Below, one piece after another: positions 50,066-58,971 of a stretch of 64,000 bases of DNA. The stretch spans positions 608,001 through 672,000 of the forward strand of contig OY970332.1 of assembly GCA_963717435.1 (NCBI GenBank), written 5' to 3'. The notes beneath the pieces were generated by a model. The model worked only from the letters and a program-made list of their open reading frames with translations, made no database searches and was not told the DNA's origin. Numbering within the stretch: the first letter of the stretch is position 1; each line of letters starts with the position of its first letter. This DNA is from an uncultured bacterium (lineage in GTDB: Bacteria; Babelota; Babeliae; Babelales; Babelaceae). The position numbers and the translations under genes were made by a program.

Positions 50066-51694
50066 TTACTTTTTCATGACATCGGGAACTTCTAGCCCCA
50101 TCTGTTTTAATATATACGGGGCAATATCAGAGAGTTCGTGCAGATTATTTAAGTCTATTTTTTTATTTTCTAAGTTTTTATTTAAAACCAAGAAATAAAC
50201 AGGGTCGGTATTATGGCTCGTTCTTGGCTGATTTGTCTCTTTGTCCCACATATATTCAGCGTTGCCATGATCGCCAGTTAAATAAATTGTCCCATTTAGT
50301 TCCAAAACAATTTTTTTGTATAACTTTTCTAACTCTAAGTCTAATATTTTTATTGCTTTTACAGTTGCTTCAAAGTTGCCAGAATGGCCAACCATGTCTG
50401 CATTTGCATAATTAATTAAATAAAAATCTTGTGGGTCTTTATCAAGAGAGTTTAAAACCGTGTCTGTTATAGCTGGCGCCGACATTTGCGGCAAATTTAT
50501 ATACTGTTTTTTGGGTATAGATGGGATCAAGATTCTTGTTTCACAAGTTCTAACTTTTTCTTGTCCGCCATTAAAAAAGTAAGTTACATGAGCATATTTT
50601 TCTGTTTCTGCGATAGCAAACATGCAAATATTATTTTGTTCTAAGATATCAAAAAAAGTTTCAGGAACTATATTTTTTTTAACTAACGGGATAGTTTCCA
50701 AATCTTGCTGGTATATTATTCCAGTGACAACAAATGCAAAATCTATTTTTTTTGTTTTGAATTCTTTAAAATTTGGGTCTATAAGCGCCCGTGTTAACTG
50801 TCGTGCCCTATCTGCTCTGATATTAAAAAATATTAATGCATCGCCAGATTTGATTTCGCAGTTTTCTATTAATCTTGTTGGCGGAATAAATTCGTCGGTT
50901 ATATTTTGTGAGTAGTAGTAATCAAGCGCCTGTTCCCACCCCGCATACCCTTCGATATGCCCTGTCGGGCTATTCAGGGCGAGCGGGATTGAGTCTTTTT
51001 TTTGCGCACTTTCTTCTTGAGAATTATTTTTATTCGCTCGCCCTTCTGCGCCTGTGAGCACGTCATAACTTCGTTCTGTTCTTTCCCAATTCTTGTCTCG
51101 ATCCATAGCATAAAACCTGCCATGAATTGAGCCAAGTTTGCCGCAACCTGTTTCTTTAAATACTTTATCTAAATTTTCTAAATATTTACTTGCTGATTTT
51201 GGTGGCGTATCCCGCCCGTCAAGAAACGCATGGACAATAATATTTTTTATTTTATGTTCACAGGCCATTTTTATAAGCGCATATAAAACCATCTCATGAC
51301 TGTGAACGCCCGCGTCTGAAAGCAGACCCATCAGGTGTAAAGTTTTGCCAGTTTTTGAAAAATCATCAAACAGTTTTATTAGTTCTGGGTTTTTATAAAA
51401 CTTACCAGAATTTATCTCTTCTATTAACTTTGTTACTGCCTGTTTTATTATTCTTCCTGCTCCAATTGTAAGATGCCCAACCTCTGAGTTGCCCATCATG
51501 CCGTCAAGTAGCCCTACAGCTTTTCCTGAAGCTTGCAATATGGTATTTGGGTATAGTTTTAACCAGCTTTCAAAATTACGGGGCTCGGCGGCTAAAATTG
51601 CATTATGATCTTTGTCTTTTCTGTAGCCAAAACCATCAAGAATTATAAGAGCAGTTACTTTTTTATCGATTTTATTAGTATTTTTGTTTTGCAT
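50066..51694 (-). CDS. gpmI: 2,3-BPG-independent phosphoglycerate mutase with in-frame repeat insertion
   Basis: ILDGFG, GNSEVGH, GRFYAMDRD, ETEKYAHVT, DMVGH, DHGN. Confidence 0.97.
   Translation of the reverse strand: MQNKNTNKIDKKVTALIILDGFGYRKDKDHNAILAAEPRNFESWLKLYPNTILQASGKAVGLLDGMMGNSEVGHLTIGAGRIIKQAVTKLIEEINSGKFYKNPELIKLFDDFSKTGKTLHLMGLLSDAGVHSHEMVLYALIKMACEHKIKNIIVHAFLDGRDTPPKSASKYLENLDKVFKETGCGKLGSIHGRFYAMDRDKNWERTERSYDVLTGAEGRANKNNSQEESAQKKDSIPLALNSPTGHIEGYAGWEQALDYYYSQNITDEFIPPTRLIENCEIKSGDALIFFNIRADRARQLTRALIDPNFKEFKTKKIDFAFVVTGIIYQQDLETIPLVKKNIVPETFFDILEQNNICMFAIAETEKYAHVTYFFNGGQEKVRTCETRILIPSIPKKQYINLPQMSAPAITDTVLNSLDKDPQDFYLINYANADMVGHSGNFEATVKAIKILDLELEKLYKKIVLELNGTIYLTGDHGNAEYMWDKETNQPRTSHNTDPVYFLVLNKNLENKKIDLNNLHELSDIAPYILKQMGLEVPDVMKK
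50948..51044. repeat. Family-A unit (50948-50987, minus) plus truncated inverted partner (51035-51044) inside gpmI
   Basis: Minus strand CCCGCTCGCCCTGAATAGCCCGACAGGGCATATCGAAGGG; partner CGCTCGCCCT. Confidence 0.85.
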
Positions 51695-51888
51695 GCCACT
51701 TCTTAATTAATTTAAACTATAATAATTTTTAAGGTCAGAAAAAATATACTTGTTTTTAGAATTTTAAAGCAATATCTTGGCGGAATTTGATCACCACTTG
51801 CTTTTTTTTGGCGTAATTTTAGGCTTTATGTATATTATTTTATGATAGTTGGATCATTATTGGGCATAAAAAGGGGACCTTTAAGGCT

Positions 51889-52209
51889 ATGTTTAAGAAG
51901 AAAAAATTATTTTTATTTATATTAATGGCAGCGGTTTTCAGTATAAATTATCAACTTGTCGCGAACGAAGATACGTCTGAAGTTGAAGAATTTGATCAAG
52001 AATTGGAAGATATTACAGAATTGCGTATAAACCCTGATGTTAAATCTTTTGCAGAAGAGCACCCGGTTATATCTAAAATATTCGCAAATTATTATGTCAG
52101 AGAATATGGCATGAGAGCCCTAGACTTTGGGTCCTATTTAAAAGATTCAGCGACTTCAAGAATTCAAAGAATCTTCGGAAGCCTAAAAAGTATTTATTAT
52201 AGAGTATAA
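51889..52209 (+). CDS. Small hypothetical secreted protein
   Basis: Signal peptide, acidic mature N-terminus. Confidence 0.7.
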   Translation: MFKKKKLFLFILMAAVFSINYQLVANEDTSEVEEFDQELEDITELRINPDVKSFAEEHPVISKIFANYYVREYGMRALDFGSYLKDSATSRIQRIFGSLKSIYYRV

Positions 52210-52218
52210 AAATAGGCT

Positions 52219-52968
52219 ATGAAAAATTTAAGCTCACACCAATTTGCTATACATGTACCCGGTTTGAGCCAGCTGGTTTCAAGCTCAGGTAAGTCTGACA
52301 AAATTAGCCTAAAAGACAAAAATTTGGTTCATAGGCTATTTTCTGTCTTAAGATTCGAGGCACAAGATAAATTAATTTTTTTTGATAGATTCAAGCACGC
52401 CTATGTAGAAATAATTTCTTGGTCCAAAAATGGCGAAATTATTCTTGATATTTTAGAACTTAAAGACAATCTAGTTTTAGCCCCCAAAATCACCTGGTTA
52501 TTACCTGTTTTAAAGCGCGTAGCACTTGAAGAAGCTATATATAGCTTGGGCGAAATTGGCGTAAATACTATACAGCTGGTGATAACTGAAAAATCCCAGC
52601 AATCTAGTTTTGACGCAAAACATATGGAGAGACTCAACTCTATAGTTATTTCTTCTGCCGAGCAGTCTAAAAATTTTAATTACCCAGAAATTATTCTGCC
52701 AGTTAAATTAAAAGATATTAAATTTCAGGAGAATAATACCCAAAAAGTTTATTTTGATCCTGAGGGCAGGTCAGCTCTCGAACTATTGGCGAAAAAAACT
52801 GACATAAGAGCCAGTGTTATAGCTATGTGTGGGCCAGAAGGGGATCTAACTCAGCAAGAGAAAGATTTATTAAAGTCAGTGGGGTTTGAGTTTTTTGGAC
52901 TTACAAAGACTGTTTTAAGAGCCAGCCAGGCGGTTGCCCTAGGCGCGGGGTTACTAAGACTTAATTAA
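52219..52968 (+). CDS. rsmE: 16S rRNA m3U1498 methyltransferase RsmE
   Basis: VLR, EIGV, SAEQS, GPEGDL, VLRASQA SPOUT motifs. Confidence 0.88.
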   Translation: MKNLSSHQFAIHVPGLSQLVSSSGKSDKISLKDKNLVHRLFSVLRFEAQDKLIFFDRFKHAYVEIISWSKNGEIILDILELKDNLVLAPKITWLLPVLKRVALEEAIYSLGEIGVNTIQLVITEKSQQSSFDAKHMERLNSIVISSAEQSKNFNYPEIILPVKLKDIKFQENNTQKVYFDPEGRSALELLAKKTDIRASVIAMCGPEGDLTQQEKDLLKSVGFEFFGLTKTVLRASQAVALGAGLLRLN

Positions 52969-52974
52969 CAAGAC

Positions 52975-53631
52975 TTAGTTAACTTTGTATTCTTTAAGAT
53001 AGAGTGGCAATATTTTGTAGGTAAACTCTTTTCTATTATATTTTGCCAAACCAGCTTTTGATATATATTCTACGGGACATTCAAGAACGAAATTGGGTTC
53101 TATATGGGCTCTATCAGAAAGTTTTTCGATAATTAGATTTTTATAAAGTTCTGTGCCATTTCCGAAAAAATTAATAGTTTTATTTTCCAGTTTAAGTTTT
53201 TCCAGCAACTGCTCAATATTTTCAACTCCAATTTTTATAGTATTGTCTTTATTGATGGCAAAGTATACGTCCTGACCAAATGCATTTAAGAGCGCGATAT
53301 TAATATTAAATTGGGGGTTGCTACTATTTTTTACCAGTTCTTCTATAGAACAGACACTAACTAATGGTATTTTGCTTGAAAAAGATATGCCATTTGCTGT
53401 TGCTATTGTTGTTCTTAAGCTCGTAAATGGTGCCGGACCGGCATTAACAGCTATAAATTTTAGATCGCTAAGTTTTAGATTTTCAGATTTTAGCAGGCTG
53501 TCTATGGTAGGTATTAAATTTGAGCTTGCCAGTTTGTTTGCAACTTCAGTTTGTTGCAATATTTTCCCGTCTGATTCAAGTGAGATCTTGACGTCGTTGT
53601 ATCCCGTATGCAGAGTTAAAAAAAGTGTCAT
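52975..53631 (-). CDS. tsaB: t6A biosynthesis protein TsaB
   Basis: GPAPFTSLR, A...G.SF...P, PLYL; probable start MTLFL at 53631. Confidence 0.85.
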   Translation of the reverse strand: MTLFLTLHTGYNDVKISLESDGKILQQTEVANKLASSNLIPTIDSLLKSENLKLSDLKFIAVNAGPAPFTSLRTTIATANGISFSSKIPLVSVCSIEELVKNSSNPQFNINIALLNAFGQDVYFAINKDNTIKIGVENIEQLLEKLKLENKTINFFGNGTELYKNLIIEKLSDRAHIEPNFVLECPVEYISKAGLAKYNRKEFTYKILPLYLKEYKVN

Positions 53632-53641
53632 TGCCAGTTGC

Positions 53642-53824
53642 TTAGTTCTTATTGTTGTTAAATTTTTGCTGTTGATAGAAGATGCTAAATGCATCAAACT
53701 CTATGGTCTTCTCTTTTTTAACTATAATTTTACCACAATTCAGGCATTTCCAACCATCAAAATTTAAAAAATGGTCAAAAAATGATTGCAAGACCATTAG
53801 TCCTGAACATTTAGTACACTTCAT
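53642..53824 (-). CDS. Small CxxC-CxxC zinc-ribbon protein
   Basis: MKCTKCSGLM...WKCLNCG; strong GGGGAGG RBS; fits between ruvX and tsaB. Confidence 0.75.
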   Translation of the reverse strand: MKCTKCSGLMVLQSFFDHFLNFDGWKCLNCGKIIVKKEKTIEFDAFSIFYQQQKFNNNKN

Positions 53825-53905
53825 ACTCGCCTCCCCTTTTTTTTAAAAGTGGGTTTCCTCTCTATTAGAACATAGAGTAGAAGTTTATTTCTTGTCAATA
53901 AAAGA

Positions 53906-54316
53906 TTAATTGTTTTTTTGATTTTGTAAAAATGACAAATATGAATCTAATATATAGGCTGCCGCACGCGCGTGAGACTTGAGCTTATCCTCTTTGCCAG
54001 AGCTTCTGCCCTCGCTTGCTCGCTTTGAACTGAGCCTCTCATCCCACAATATCCAGCCTGTTGATGGAAATTTTTTTTCTAGAGCCTCTTTTTGCTGAAC
54101 AACTTTTTTTGTCTGGTCGCTTTCTGTTCCACGCATTGTTTTGGGGTAGCCTACAACAACTGTTTCGATTTCTTCTTTTTTGAATAACTTTTCAAGATAG
54201 TTTTCAAGATCATAAGCTGCAGCTGTCTCGTATGGTCTTGCGAAGGTAAAACTTGGATCGGATATGGCAATCCCAACCCACTTGTCACCCAGATCTAAAG
54301 CCAATATTTTTTTCAT
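53906..54316 (-). CDS. ruvX: YqgF/RuvX RNase H-like nuclease
   Basis: LALDLG..VGIAISD, VVGYP, WDERLSS; start MKKIL at 54316. Confidence 0.92.
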   Translation of the reverse strand: MKKILALDLGDKWVGIAISDPSFTFARPYETAAAYDLENYLEKLFKKEEIETVVVGYPKTMRGTESDQTKKVVQQKEALEKKFPSTGWILWDERLSSKRASEGRSSGKEDKLKSHARAAAYILDSYLSFLQNQKNN

Positions 54317-54427
54317 TTTGAGCCCTAACTTTAATTGATGGTCAAGTTTATAATACCCCGTTTTTTCTAACAATTGTATCTTAATTTTGGATTTTTTAAC
54401 TAAAAAGGGTCAAAAAAGGGTGAAATA

Positions 54428-54466
54428 GGGCCTGCCCTCCGGAGTCTTGGCGCAGGAGGGGCTTTT
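54428..54466. repeat. Family-B palindromic repeat (intergenic)
   Basis: GGGCCTGCCCTCCGGAGTCTTGGCGCAGGAGGGGCTTTT; reverse complement matches 31418-31484 without the nested unit. Confidence 0.85.
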
Positions 54467-54543
54467 TACAAGTTTAATTAGTCCGGCTATAATTATATAT
54501 ATGGGCGTAAAACAGGGGGTTTTGGGGCTCATTACAGTATAAA

Positions 54544-55650
54544 ATGGAGTTAAAAAACGTGTTTAAACATATTTATAAAAAATTACTATTTTCAGGTTTA
54601 ATTTTAACCTGTTCGGCTATAAATAGCCTGTCTTTTGGCCCAGTTCTGCCTTCTGCAAAAGAAGCTGTTAAAATGGGTTCGGATTTTGTTTTAGGTTCAG
54701 GGTCACTAAGTCCCGAAGATCAGGATATGGTTAAAGAACTTGCTATTAAATTACATATTAACCATGAAATATCTGTCCAATATATGAGCTTATTGCCCCA
54801 GTTCTGGTTCGGTGTAAAAAACGAGGGATTGGTTGCAGGTAAAACTATTTATGTGCCAAAAGACTTTTTAGACAGACTGACCCATGAAGAAAAAGAATTC
54901 TATTTTGCAGGCTTATTATTGCGAATGAAGCACAATGCTGGAATCCTTATGGGCAGTTTATCAGGCGCCGTAGATTCAACGGGTAACTTTGTTTCTAAGA
55001 AGTACTTGCCAAGATATGAGCCCGTGCCCCCTATAGAAAAAATTAAATCATCAAAAGACGAAGAAGACCCAGTTGATCCTGATACAGATGAAAATGAGAC
55101 GCTATTTGATTACAAAAAACAAGGGTATCTTATAAAGAAATTTTTATTTGATGTTATTTTAAAACATAGATCTGCCGTGTTACCACCAACATTTTGGAAA
55201 ATTATAGCGAGTATAATTTCCAACAAGGGCGGGAGAAATTTGCGCTTTAATATTTGGGATAGAGCTGAATATTATTTTACAAGCAAAATAATATTAGATG
55301 TGGATAAGAAAGTTATTATTGAGGCCGGGTGTAAACCAGAGGCAGGAATATCGCTTCTTGAAAAAATGATCAAATTGGATCTGGGATATTCATCTTGGAA
55401 GAAGCATTTGTTTGATTCGGACAGAATAATTCTGATCCTGGGAAAAGAAATTTTATTAGGTAGCGTTGTTGGTAGTCTCCTATCTAAGGCAAATAATTTA
55501 GTTTTTGGAAAAGCCGCTAAAGAGCAAGATCTCAGAGACTTTTCAAAAATCTATTGGCTATCTTTTATGGCTAACACAAGAACTTTTAGATTTTATTCAA
55601 AAGATAGAATTAAACAGTTGCAAGATTTGAAATCACAGAGTTTGAAGTAA
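54544..55650 (+). CDS. Secreted M48-peptidase-like protein lacking HExxH
   Basis: IYV...LDRLTHEEKEFYFAGLLLRMKHN and D.....AG..PEAGISLLEKM resemble M48 helices. Confidence 0.55.
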   Translation: MELKNVFKHIYKKLLFSGLILTCSAINSLSFGPVLPSAKEAVKMGSDFVLGSGSLSPEDQDMVKELAIKLHINHEISVQYMSLLPQFWFGVKNEGLVAGKTIYVPKDFLDRLTHEEKEFYFAGLLLRMKHNAGILMGSLSGAVDSTGNFVSKKYLPRYEPVPPIEKIKSSKDEEDPVDPDTDENETLFDYKKQGYLIKKFLFDVILKHRSAVLPPTFWKIIASIISNKGGRNLRFNIWDRAEYYFTSKIILDVDKKVIIEAGCKPEAGISLLEKMIKLDLGYSSWKKHLFDSDRIILILGKEILLGSVVGSLLSKANNLVFGKAAKEQDLRDFSKIYWLSFMANTRTFRFYSKDRIKQLQDLKSQSLK

Positions 55651-55695
55651 CAAAATTTTGCTCTAAAATAAGCTAAGCTAGCTAAAATATAACGG

Positions 55696-55727
55696 GCGGG
55701 CAGGAATAAAATCTTGCCCGCTTTTTT
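55696..55727 (+). terminator. Intrinsic terminator
   Basis: GCGGG-GCAGGA / TCTTGCCCGC followed by TTTTTT. Confidence 0.75.
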
Positions 55728-55835
55728 GTTGCCAAATTTTTTTGTGGTCGTTATTTAATCTTGATGATATATTAATAACCTAATACTTAAACTTATTTTA
55801 AATTAAGACGGTTCCAGAGAATAAGGGCGTTTTTT

Positions 55836-57575
55836 ATGAATAACCAAAATAATAGTAGTAACAATAACAATAAAGATATAAAAGTCTTGCGCCATTCGGC
55901 GGCACATCTACTTGCCCATGCGGTTACGCAAATATTTCCTGAAACATTAATAACTATCGGTCCGGCAACGGACGAGGGTTTTTTCTTCGATTTTCTACCA
56001 AAAGAAACTTTTAAAGAAGAAGATCTTCCAAAAATAGAGGCCCGCATGCTTGAGCTTGCGAAGGCTGATTATAAAATTGAACATAAAGAGATATCCAAAG
56101 AAGAAGCTCGAAAAATTTACAAAAATAACCCGTTTAAATTAGAACTTATAGAGGGTATTCCGGGTGATACAGTCGGCATGTCTGTTCAAGGCGACTATTA
56201 TGATCTATGTCGCGGTGGGCATGTTAAATCTACTGGTGAACTAAAAAATATAAAGCTTTTATCTGTGGCGGGTTCTTATTGGCGCGCGGATAGAAAAAAT
56301 CAGGCGTTGCAACGAATAATCGGTACAGCTTTTTTTACTGAAAAAGAGTTGCAGGATTTTATTACTGCCCGTGAAGAAGCATTAAAATATGACCATAGAA
56401 GAATTGGCAAACAGCTAGATTTATTCTCTTTTCATGAAGAGGGTCCGGGTTTCCCATTTTTCCATCCTAAGGGTCAGGCTGTTATAAACAGACTAGTTTC
56501 TTTTATGCGCGAAATTCACAGAAAATATAATTACCAAGAGATAACAACCCCGACAATGCTGAGCGATGAGCTTTGGAAAAAATCTGGGCACTATGCTTTT
56601 TATAAGCAAAATATGTATTTTTCTTGTATAGACGAGAAAAGTTATGCAATCAAGCCCATGAACTGTCCAGGATCTATTTTAGTTTTTGATAACAGACCGA
56701 GATCTTACAGGGAATTGCCATTAAAGCTTGCAGAATTTGGACATGTTCATAGACATGAACTTTCTGGAGTTTTGCACGGGTTATTTAGAGTAAGGGCGTT
56801 TACTCAGGACGACGCGCATATTTATTGCACAGTTGCGCAAATAGAACAAGAAGTTACTTTATTACTGAAAATTATTATTAATTTATTAAAAACTTTCGAT
56901 TTCCAGGATATTCAGGTCGCAATATCAACCAAGCCCGATAACGCAATGGGCGGGGATGACTTGTGGAACAGTGCAACCAATGCATTAATAAATGCCCTTA
57001 ATGTTTACGGTCACCCATATACTATAAAAGAGGGTGAAGGCGCATTTTATGGTCCTAAAATAGAATTTGAAATACAAGATTCTATGGGGCGTAAATGGCA
57101 ATGTGGAACCATTCAAGTTGATTTTGTTCAGTCAATAAATTTTGATTTGGGTTATGTTGCACCAGGCGGACAAAAAGAGCGCCCTGTGATTATTCACCAG
57201 GCCATTTACGGTTCTTTGGAAAGATTTTTTGCAATAATTTTGGAGCATTATAAGGGCAAGTTGCCATTCTGGTTGGCTCCTGTTCAGATGAGAATTTTAA
57301 CAATAACAGATGAACAAAAAACTTATGCTCTTGAATTAAAACAAAAGTTATTTGATTTGGGTTACAGAGTAGAGATTGATAATTCTGGTGATCAAATAAA
57401 CAGTCAAATTAAAGCTGCGCAGCTTGATATGATACCGTTTATGATTATCTTAGGAAAAAAAGAAGTTGAGAATGGTACGGTCTCTGTAAGATATCTTGAC
57501 GGTAAGCAAGATATGGGAATATCTTTTGCGCAATTGGTTGAAAAAGCAAAAGTTTTAAATGAAAAAAGTGTGTAA
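55836..57575 (+). CDS. thrS: Threonine--tRNA ligase (no N-terminal TGS domain)
   Basis: RHSAAH, DLCRGGH, DHRRIG, KPMNCP, GAFYGPK, GSLERF. Confidence 0.97.
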   Translation: MNNQNNSSNNNNKDIKVLRHSAAHLLAHAVTQIFPETLITIGPATDEGFFFDFLPKETFKEEDLPKIEARMLELAKADYKIEHKEISKEEARKIYKNNPFKLELIEGIPGDTVGMSVQGDYYDLCRGGHVKSTGELKNIKLLSVAGSYWRADRKNQALQRIIGTAFFTEKELQDFITAREEALKYDHRRIGKQLDLFSFHEEGPGFPFFHPKGQAVINRLVSFMREIHRKYNYQEITTPTMLSDELWKKSGHYAFYKQNMYFSCIDEKSYAIKPMNCPGSILVFDNRPRSYRELPLKLAEFGHVHRHELSGVLHGLFRVRAFTQDDAHIYCTVAQIEQEVTLLLKIIINLLKTFDFQDIQVAISTKPDNAMGGDDLWNSATNALINALNVYGHPYTIKEGEGAFYGPKIEFEIQDSMGRKWQCGTIQVDFVQSINFDLGYVAPGGQKERPVIIHQAIYGSLERFFAIILEHYKGKLPFWLAPVQMRILTITDEQKTYALELKQKLFDLGYRVEIDNSGDQINSQIKAAQLDMIPFMIILGKKEVENGTVSVRYLDGKQDMGISFAQLVEKAKVLNEKSV

Positions 57576-57615
57576 TTTAATTTGTAATTTAATTTAGGAT
57601 AAAACAGGATAAACT

Positions 57616-58965
57616 ATGAATCTTATGAATATTAACGTCGACCAGATAGACAGGCTGATACAAGCAACCAACGACTTTTTGTGGGGTTGGCCATTAATAA
57701 TATTTTTTGTTGGAGCGGGTCTTGCTGCAACTTATATGCTAAATTTTGTTCAGATAAGATATTTTGTGGCAAGCTGGAAGCTATTATTGTTTCCTGAAAA
57801 AAAGAACACAAATGGTCATATGACACAAACTCAGGCTTTTATTAATGCGCTTAATACAAGTATTGGTAACGGTAGTTTGGCTGGTATGGCAGTTGCTGTG
57901 AGTCTTGGTGGTCCAGGTGCAGCATTTTGGATCTTTGTACTGGGTATTTTTAGTTTGGTTATTAGATATTGCGAAGTTACATTAAGCAATATGTTTCCTG
58001 GAGCAGTTGGCAAAGATGGCGTTCTTGGTGGACCAATGGTTTACCTACAAAAAGTTCCGGGCGGAAAAGCTCTTGCTTATGGTTACGCATTTTTCTGCTT
58101 GATGCTAAGCTTTTTCAGCGGCAACTCTATGCAATGTAACTCGGTTAGAATAGCACTTCAGCGCGTAGTTAATATCGACACGACAATTATAGCTTTGATT
58201 CTTTTTGCTTTTGTAATTTACGTTATGCTTGGTGGAGCAAAAAGAATCATATATTTGTCCGAGAGAATAGTGCCAATAAAAGTTGGTTTGTTTTTCTTGA
58301 GCGCGATAATAATTATTGCTTATAATTATGCAGGCATATTTGATGCGTTAAAATTAATTGTTACAAGTTCATTTGGCTATGAACCATTGGTTGGCGGTGC
58401 GATCGGATATTCTATGATCGAGGCTCTGCGCTACGGTGTTTCTATACCATTAAATGCAACGGAAGCGGGACTTGGTACGGCTGCAATATTGTTCGGTTCA
58501 ACCGGTAGCAAGAGCCCTGTTGAAGATGGCATAATGTCTATGGTATCAGCTTTTATTAGTAATTATCTTGTTTGCTTTGTCTTGGCGTTTAGTTTCGTTT
58601 TAACAGGAGTTTGGAACTCTGGGTTGCCAAGTATAGCGATCACCGTTGCTTCTTATGAAACAGTTTTCGGTGCTTTTGGCGGCATGATTGTAACATTCTT
58701 GTCCGTAGCATTTGGTATTGGTGTATTGGTTTCTTATGTATTTATTGCCCGTGAATGTTGGTCATTTTTGACAAAGGGCAGATGGCTAACGGCGTACGCT
58801 GTTACTTACTGCTTATTTGCACTTGGCGGTACAGTTCTGGAAGCAAAAGTTGTTTGGAACTTTATAAACGTTGTTAATGCGGGTCTTTTGGCAATTAATC
58901 TTTATGCGATTGTTATGTTGTTGCCTAAGATTGCAAAAGAGCTTAAGGCTTACGAGAATAAATAA
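57616..58965 (+). CDS. Alanine/glycine:cation symporter (AGCS/AlsT family)
   Basis: IGNGSLAG, GGPGAAFW, GGPM.Y, EAGLGT. Confidence 0.92.
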   Translation: MNLMNINVDQIDRLIQATNDFLWGWPLIIFFVGAGLAATYMLNFVQIRYFVASWKLLLFPEKKNTNGHMTQTQAFINALNTSIGNGSLAGMAVAVSLGGPGAAFWIFVLGIFSLVIRYCEVTLSNMFPGAVGKDGVLGGPMVYLQKVPGGKALAYGYAFFCLMLSFFSGNSMQCNSVRIALQRVVNIDTTIIALILFAFVIYVMLGGAKRIIYLSERIVPIKVGLFFLSAIIIIAYNYAGIFDALKLIVTSSFGYEPLVGGAIGYSMIEALRYGVSIPLNATEAGLGTAAILFGSTGSKSPVEDGIMSMVSAFISNYLVCFVLAFSFVLTGVWNSGLPSIAITVASYETVFGAFGGMIVTFLSVAFGIGVLVSYVFIARECWSFLTKGRWLTAYAVTYCLFALGGTVLEAKVVWNFINVVNAGLLAINLYAIVMLLPKIAKELKAYENK

Positions 58966-58971
58966 CTAAAC

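Noticed and set aside
55836-55871. Poly-Asn N-terminus of ThrS as a contingency repeat
   Set aside because: Mixed AAT/AAC/AGT codons, not a pure microsatellite
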